This document shows, one piece after another, positions 18,201 to 21,851 of a stretch of 21,851 nt of DNA. Position 1 is the stretch's first letter; every line of letters starts with the position of its first letter. The notes beneath the pieces were generated by a model that worked only from the letters and a program-made list of their open reading frames with translations, ran no database searches and was not told the origin of the DNA. This stretch comes from Myxococcales bacterium. Lineage in GTDB: Bacteria > Myxococcota_A > UBA9042. A program made the position numbers and the translations under genes. The stretch lies in the NCBI GenBank assembly GCA_037441385.1, contig JBBISH010000107.1, positions 1 through 21,851 of the forward strand, in the 5' to 3' direction.

Positions 18201-18992
18201 GACGGCGGCAGTTGCAGCGACGGCGACGCGTGCACGACCGGCGAGACCTGCAAATCGGGCGCGTGCGGCGGTGGCGTGTCGACCAACTGCGACGACGGCA
18301 ACCCGTGCACGTTGGACAGTTGCGACAGCAAAGCCGGCTGCACCAACGGCGCCACCGGCCAGTGGCAGAGCTGTGGCGGCAACAATTACTGCCAGTTTGG
18401 CAAATGCGCCCCCTCGCCCTGTGTGGGCAAGGACCCGTCGGCCTGCACGGGCTTTGTGGGTTCTACGCTGATGACCGTGGCGAACCAGGCGCAACTAGAG
18501 CTGATGGAGGGCGGCGTGCCCACCTGGAAGCTGTGCTACAAGGCCAGCGTCCACGGATTTGACTCGCAGGTCTTTCACGCCAAGTGCGACGGGCTGAAGC
18601 CCACCGTCACCGTGATGCATTCCACGGCTGGGGCGATTTTTGGCGGCTACGCGACCTCGGCGTGGTCCGGTAGCGCTGGCTATTTGCCCAATCCGGGCGG
18701 CTGGCTCTTTCGCTTGGATTCAGGGCTGAAATTCCCACTCGCTCCACAAGGGCCCTGTATAGGTAACGGAATTTACAGCAGCTTGAGCTACGGTCCCACA
18801 TTTGGCGCCGGTCACGACCTGACCATCGGCTCTGGAATGAAGACCGGCTACGCCAATTTCCCCTACACTTACGCGTGTCCAGCCAATCCCACGCCCTGTC
18901 AATCGACGAGCGGCGCCTGTGCCAGCACGCTTGCCGGTTCGTACAATAGCTGGCAGCTGGACGACGTGGAAGTGTTCTATCCCGCGCCGTAG
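12297..18992 (+). CDS. Giant Cys-rich lipoprotein with two NHL-repeat beta-propeller blocks and a C-terminal TLDc domain
   Basis: ORF 12006..18992; the start is uncertain. GTG 12297 gives a 21-aa signal RWILVLAALAVG-C (Cys at 12357); ATG 12066/12069 are alternatives. Asp/Ala/Pro linker, CxxxxDC repeats (~12507-12910), 20 six-Cys repeats (12918-15566), CDDGxxCTxDxC repeats, NHL blocks (~15880-16830 and ~17155-18107; DG...A.FN.P.GLAVD..G..YVAD..N.RIR) and TLDc motifs (~18460-18980). Confidence 0.92.
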   Translation: MAQGAAAGRWILVLAALAVGCDQPKVDTAKLVITQDVTDPADASGVAGDAAVPDAPDQGDTPLADAAPVLCKSGDDCPKNLPACLPGVGQCVECRWSSQCPGAGARCVDNQCQPGLPCTTSKQCSAAAGICDKIAGYCVDCADEVDCKPGQKCQLGQCVAAPPPCATSKDCAAWNLVCVPDLGCVDCDSDADCGQSEFCSSHACLTDVCQPGPPSCSDQDTVATCAANGSGLASTPCPDGSHCQSGVCKPVICDPGDASCQGNLAVLCDESGTAKIVAENCGSANKVCVSGTCVDPACTPGETKCDGGQLATCDLAGVAWQTQDCPAGTVCDNGACSPVVCKPGTKACAGNVLQQCASNGTAMLPVADCAASGELCVVDHCTPPLCTPGETQCQAGQLAQCDNGGMSFSTTACPGGTVCSKGACVQVVCKPGSKSCQGNHLHQCDGLGTANPLLTDCATNGQVCSDGACQSPICTPGETQCAGASQLVCPAPGLAWVAQACPPGTACGSSKACEPMVCQPSATICAGETVLHCDALGLKQSTLQDCAATGKVCADGVCQSPICKPGASECQGDVLATCVGKGLQWSKVSCPYGQTCDVNACMLVICQPAALSCAGDKLNACNAKGTGYNPVANCAADGHVCEAGACQTPICVPGATKCVAAQLATCNAKGLAFAIGNCPSGQACNLGACKPILCTPNAPTCVGEQVQVCNATGTALDPGQDCAAAGKVCVGAQCLPVVCKSGEVKCIDSFTFSTCNAKGTGTTLSACPTGQACSGGACVPMVCTPGAVSCAGAGVAKCASDGLSSVQVQNCAVNGQVCNQGACKTPICTPGATECQSGSLATCAATGLAWLQASCPANNTCVAGACLPLICTPNAAVCDGALLRKCNSTGTAQPVVTDCGAAGQLCNAGACAPQVCVPNSVSCDANGNQKICDAKGLSFSVVACATGSICSGSSCVAKVCQPAAVGCNGNLRQQCDSQGLKWLTVQDCAQSSQVCDGGACKSQACVPNTATCQGDQLALCANNGLSWYVTDCPAGKVCDQGQCTPVVCAANGSACSNFKVMKCNAKGTAQTEVADCALAKQACVSGACVAATCWPPGSKVCAGPQLGTCKGDATGYAVTTCDDNDACTNNTCDAATTQCVFPVMTTCTDNDLCTSDACDKTTGKCVFTPVTGSCDDGDACTVGETCATGKCAPPATFSIAAYAGSKTGFADGPASTALFSFVGAVVRDVNGNLYISDQAPDRIRKVDPSGNVSTLAGNGLQGLVDGPGNLAKFNMVQGLAVDATGTVYVADRYNHRIRRVTSDGYVTSLAGTSAGFLDGPASSAQFNNPSSLALDAATGFLYVTDAANNRIRLIKPTGVVSTLCGAGTAGYNDGACSSALFSNPNAVAVLADGSVAVGDSTNRRIRLVKNGAVTTIAGSGAAGYVDGAASSATFPAMFSLVPGPVGELYICDGGRVRLLANNTVATIAGGGSSKSDGPATSFALAAPVTLALGPNRSLFLGDGPVLRKLVPSGGLQCDDLNPCTADACNATSGSCTFSPALAGAVCNDGNACTATSSCDGKGACGGPAKNCDDANTCTFDVCDALSGACDNHPIDAACTDGTACTQVDTCLAGKCVVDQLSLTTVAGSISGAADGAGSAAKLGTSWGMAVQADGSVVFTDFDYNTIRQMTPAGSVTTVAGIANQAGYQDGAAASAKFNHPAGLAIDGQGRYVVADSLGNRIRLVDPKSWQVTTIAGSGTSGYVDGAASSAGFSSPRAVAIDSAGAIYVFDASNVRVRKIAAGVVSTVAGTGKVGKQDGAASSATFGVAIWQMAFGADGSLYLADSANHSIRKLAGDQVTTVVGASAGFADGPLAVARLSGPTGLAANPAGELFVGDTGNYRLRHLFLGDSMFTESGNGGVSSVDGLGSAGSYTSPTVVATAANGIVYVADQFKIRRSTAAAVDCNDGKPCTADACDPATGGCSHVPIGDGGSCSDGDACTTGETCKSGACGGGVSTNCDDGNPCTLDSCDSKAGCTNGATGQWQSCGGNNYCQFGKCAPSPCVGKDPSACTGFVGSTLMTVANQAQLELMEGGVPTWKLCYKASVHGFDSQVFHAKCDGLKPTVTVMHSTAGAIFGGYATSAWSGSAGYLPNPGGWLFRLDSGLKFPLAPQGPCIGNGIYSSLSYGPTFGAGHDLTIGSGMKTGYANFPYTYACPANPTPCQSTSGACASTLAGSYNSWQLDDVEVFYPAP
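12918..15566 (+). repeat. Intragenic tandem array of 20 six-cysteine repeats (~44 aa each), alternating A/B subtypes
   Basis: Consensus C-x-PG-xxx-C-x-G-xx-L-xx-C-xxx-G-x(7-8)-C-x(5-7)-C-xx-GAC, counted manually in the translation. Confidence 0.85.
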
Positions 18993-19085
18993 TCCTGCAG
19001 GCGCATGGACGACCCGCGCCACGTTGCCAAGGTCGGATTGCTTGCGCAAGAATGTGGGGGGCACTTTCTGCTGCCGGGAAGTTGC

Positions 19086-20759
19086 ATGAACGACGCCGCC
19101 AGACTCTGCCCTGCGTGCGGCGTACGCACTGCTGCGCGGTTCTGTCCAGCTGACCAAGTGGCCACTTTTGACCTGCAGGCGCGCGACCCAGACGGCGCCA
19201 AGCTGCAGGTCGGCGAGTTGGTGGCCGGCAAGTACCGAGTCGGGCAAGTCCTGGGACGCGGCGGATTTGGCGCGGTGTACCAGGCAGAGCATTCGGGCGG
19301 TCTGGGGCACGTGGCGCTCAAGGTGCTCGCGTTGGCCGAGCAGGGCGAAGACGAAATCCGTCGCTTCTATCGGGAAGCGCAGGTCACCGCCAAGCTGCGC
19401 CACCCCAACACCGTGCGGGTCTTTGACGTGGGGCAGACCGAGCGCGGCGCCCTTTACATCGCCATGGAGTTGGTCCACGGCCAATCGCTGGAAGAGCGGC
19501 TGAGGGACGGCTGGCGGCGCGGCCAGGTGCTGAGCCATGCCGAGGTGATCGCGATCGGCGCCGATGTGCTGCGCAGCCTGTCCGAGGCCCATGGCGCCGG
19601 CTTGGTGCACCGCGACCTGAAGCCGGCCAACTTGATGCTGGGCGAGGTGGACGGCGAGCGCATGGTCAAGGTGTTGGACTTTGGTATTGCGCATGTGCAG
19701 GACTCGTCGCTCACGGGCGAGGGCCGTGCACTGGGCACGCCCGCCTACATGAGTCCAGAGCAATGCACTGCTCAGCCTGTGGACGCCCGCAGTGACCTGT
19801 ATTCGCTTGGGGTGATCCTGTTCCGCTGCGTCTGCGGAAGCACGCCGTTTGTCGACGCCAACCCGCTGGCCGTGATGTTTGCGCATACCGCGGCGCCACC
19901 GCCCGATGTGCTCGCCATGGCGCGCACTGACCTGAGCGACGAATTCGCTGCCGTGGTGGCGCGGGCCTTGGCCAAGCGGCCGAGCGACCGGTTTGCCTCG
20001 GCCCGCGACATGCGCCAGGCGCTGGAGGCGTGCGCCCAGGCACCGGTGATTGCGCGCCAGCTGCGGCAAAACGCGGCACCGGGCGGTGAAGACACCGCAG
20101 ACCGGACCGCAAATGCGCTGGCACTGGTCCCCACCAAGCCCTTTGTCGTTTCTGCCGGGACTGGCACAGGGCCCACCGGGGCCGCAATGGACCCCACCAG
20201 GCCCTATGTCGTTTCTGCTGGGCCGGGCACAGGGCCTACCGGTGCCGGCCTGCCGCCCGCCGCGCCGGCTGCAGAAGAACCCATGGCTGCGCCAGTCCAA
20301 AGCGAGCCTGTGGCGGTCGCCCCAGTCGCCTCCGGTCGGCGCGCCCGCCTTTGGGCGGGATTGGCGGCGCTTGCGGCCGTGGCGGTGGCAGGGGCTCTGG
20401 CCGTGCAAGCTACTCGGCCAGACGAGCCGGTTCCGCAAGTGCAGAGCGCCCCGCCGACGGTCCAGCCTGCCACGCCGGCGGCCGTGCCCGCAGCGGTGCC
20501 GTCCAGCCAAGGCGTGCCGACCGTTGCTCCGGCACAAGTGGCTGTGGAAGCGGCCTCTCCAGCGACTGGCACATCGGGTTCGCCGCCCGATCCTTTGCCC
20601 GTTGTGCCAGCGGCCGCTGCGCCGGTACCGCGACCTTCTGCCAGCGCTGCCCAGGCGCCAAATGGCGCCAAACCGGCTCCGCGACGCGCACCGCTGCGCG
20701 GCCGGCCCACCTTGGAAAAGCCCGCCAGCGGAATCGAAGCCACTCTGCCGCCAGACTAG
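19086..20759 (+). CDS. Hanks-type Ser/Thr protein kinase with N-terminal zinc ribbon, one TM helix and a Pro/Ala-rich C-terminal tail
   Basis: ORF 19005..20759. I prefer the ATG at 19086 (GGGAAG upstream). CPACG..FCPAD ribbon; kinase motifs GRGGFGAVY, VALK, HRDLKPAN, DFG, GTPAYMSPEQ and DLYSLG; TM segment LWAGLAALAAVAVAGALAV. Confidence 0.95.
   Translation: MNDAARLCPACGVRTAARFCPADQVATFDLQARDPDGAKLQVGELVAGKYRVGQVLGRGGFGAVYQAEHSGGLGHVALKVLALAEQGEDEIRRFYREAQVTAKLRHPNTVRVFDVGQTERGALYIAMELVHGQSLEERLRDGWRRGQVLSHAEVIAIGADVLRSLSEAHGAGLVHRDLKPANLMLGEVDGERMVKVLDFGIAHVQDSSLTGEGRALGTPAYMSPEQCTAQPVDARSDLYSLGVILFRCVCGSTPFVDANPLAVMFAHTAAPPPDVLAMARTDLSDEFAAVVARALAKRPSDRFASARDMRQALEACAQAPVIARQLRQNAAPGGEDTADRTANALALVPTKPFVVSAGTGTGPTGAAMDPTRPYVVSAGPGTGPTGAGLPPAAPAAEEPMAAPVQSEPVAVAPVASGRRARLWAGLAALAAVAVAGALAVQATRPDEPVPQVQSAPPTVQPATPAAVPAAVPSSQGVPTVAPAQVAVEAASPATGTSGSPPDPLPVVPAAAAPVPRPSASAAQAPNGAKPAPRRAPLRGRPTLEKPASGIEATLPPD
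20130..20246 (+). repeat. In-frame tandem duplication with a 63-nt period in the kinase juxtamembrane linker
   Basis: 20130-20183 vs 20193-20246: 47/54 nt identical by manual comparison; PTKPFVVSAGTGTGPTGA vs PTRPYVVSAGPGTGPTGA. Confidence 0.9.
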
Positions 20760-20916
20760 AACACCAATCGCAAATCTCCGAGGTTCAGAGCAACGTGACC
20801 ACTCGCTGACGAAAACTCGTGGATACTCACTGGGTCGCAAGCGGGCCCCCCAGAGCCCTGCACTGGCGCGACCCGCCGCGACGTTTGACCCCAGGACTGG
20901 GTTTCTGATCGGTGCT

Positions 20917-20979
20917 CTAGAGATGCGGCCAATTACTGCAATTTCATTCAGGAATGGCCGCTTCTGGCCGCCTCTCTAG
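20917..20979. promoter_or_regulatory. 15-bp inverted repeat around an AT-rich spacer in the intergenic region (putative regulatory element)
   Basis: CTAGAGATGCGGCCA (20917-20931) and TGGCCGCCTCTCTAG (20965-20979) are 14/15 complementary. No function is established. Confidence 0.35.
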
Positions 20980-21137
20980 CCCCGAGTGGGGCGCAAGTGA
21001 ACGCCGCCTGCGAATGGCTGCGCCGACTTGGAAGGTTCGCGCGCGCGACTGCGTTGCCAACCGCCGGGCCACCGAGTACGCTGGCGGAGCAACTTGCGTG
21101 TGTCGGCCCAGGGCCGACGCCTGTCTCTGGCGGTACC

Positions 21138-21851
21138 ATGACGGCAAGAGGACCCTTTCTTGGTCGCGCGGCGAGCGTGCTGTGGCTGGCGCTGACCCTT
21201 GCCAGTTGCGCCGCGCCGTTGCCGCCCAAGGACCTGTTCGGGCCAGCCGACGCTGCCGCCAGCGATGCGGATGCTGCAGGACCGTCCGACCTGACGGGCA
21301 CGGACGCCGCCGCGGACGCTGCAGACGACCAAGTGCAAGCAGATTTGGCCGATGGCATCGCGACCGACAGCGCCGACGACGCGGATGGAACTGCGGCGCC
21401 GGATGCTGACACCGTGCAGCCCGATGTTGCGCCGCAAGATGCTGAAGCAATAGAGGACTTGACATCCGGGGACGTTAGCCCCGCGGAGACCGACGGCTCT
21501 GGGCTGAACGACGCGGTTACCGATGCTGCCGTCGACGCTGGTTGGCCGGATGGCGCCGTGGATGCGGACGGCCTTGCGGACGCGGCGGAGACCGAAGCGG
21601 GCAGCGGCGACAGCCAGGACGCCGATTCAGGGGCCGCACCGGATGCCGCGGTCGACGCAAGCGCCGAAGCCACGGCGAATTGTGAGCCCGCGGATTGCGA
21701 CGACAGCAACGTTTGCACGGCCGACAGCTGCAACGGCGGGGTCTGCGCGCACGCCAATACGACCGCCGGCTGCGACGACGGCGACGCCTGCACCGAGGCC
21801 GACGCCTGCGCGGGCGGCAAATGCGTGCCCGGCACGGCCAAGAACTGCGAC
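21138..21851 (+). CDS. Cys-rich lipoprotein (3'-truncated by window edge) with an Asp/Ala-rich linker and CDDG-type repeats
   Basis: Manual translation: MTARGPFLGRAASVLWLALTLAS-C (lipobox Cys24 at 21207), then a long acidic DA-rich linker, then CEPADCDDSNVCTADSCNGGVC...CDDGDACTEADACAGGKCVPGTAKNCD. No stop codon before the window end, which would explain its absence from the ORF track. Confidence 0.9.
   Translation, partial: MTARGPFLGRAASVLWLALTLASCAAPLPPKDLFGPADAAASDADAAGPSDLTGTDAAADAADDQVQADLADGIATDSADDADGTAAPDADTVQPDVAPQDAEAIEDLTSGDVSPAETDGSGLNDAVTDAAVDAGWPDGAVDADGLADAAETEAGSGDSQDADSGAAPDAAVDASAEATANCEPADCDDSNVCTADSCNGGVCAHANTTAGCDDGDACTEADACAGGKCVPGTAKNCD

Noticed and set aside
12051..18494. 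2147-aa minus-strand ORF, and other long antisense ORFs (565-2961, 3075-4751, 5552-7612, 8405-9925, 18720-20840)
   Set aside because: Shadow ORFs of GC-biased + strand genes. They are Arg/Ala/Gly-rich with no recognisable motifs and overlap well-supported genes.
20806..20815. CTGACGA(AAA) resembling a hammerhead ribozyme core
   Set aside because: No stem II followed by a separate GAAA, and no flanking stems in the required arrangement.
20954..21409. 151-aa + strand ORF
   Set aside because: Arg/Cys-rich off-frame translation overlapping the better-supported gene at 21138.
20948..21841. 297-aa Ser/Ala-rich minus-strand ORF
   Set aside because: Antisense mirror of the Asp/Ala-rich + strand lipoprotein starting at 21138, which has a lipobox and recognisable repeats.

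Overview
GC-rich (roughly two-thirds GC by eye) bacterial DNA with a Myxococcota/deltaproteobacterial-style gene repertoire. Eight genes lie on the + strand, and all appear exported or membrane-bound. In order: (1) the 3' part of a Cys-rich protein; (2-4) three tandem paralogous secreted fibre-like proteins, each with a signal peptide, base domain, phage-fibre-like shaft motifs, an orphan proprotein-convertase P-domain and an uncharacterised tip domain; (5) a 1724-aa lipoprotein TPR-CHAT caspase-like protease with an intact His/Cys dyad; (6) a >2200-aa Cys-rich lipoprotein with 20 alternating six-Cys repeats, two NHL propeller blocks and a C-terminal TLDc domain; (7) a zinc-ribbon, single-TM Ser/Thr kinase; (8) the 5' part of another Cys-rich lipoprotein that the ORF track misses. 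I saw no rRNA, tRNA, CRISPR array, transposase or reverse transcriptase. The most interesting points are the surface-displayed TLDc domain, the conserved-core/variable-tip fibre triplet and the exported CHAT protease. All domain calls come from motif recognition by eye; no searches were run.
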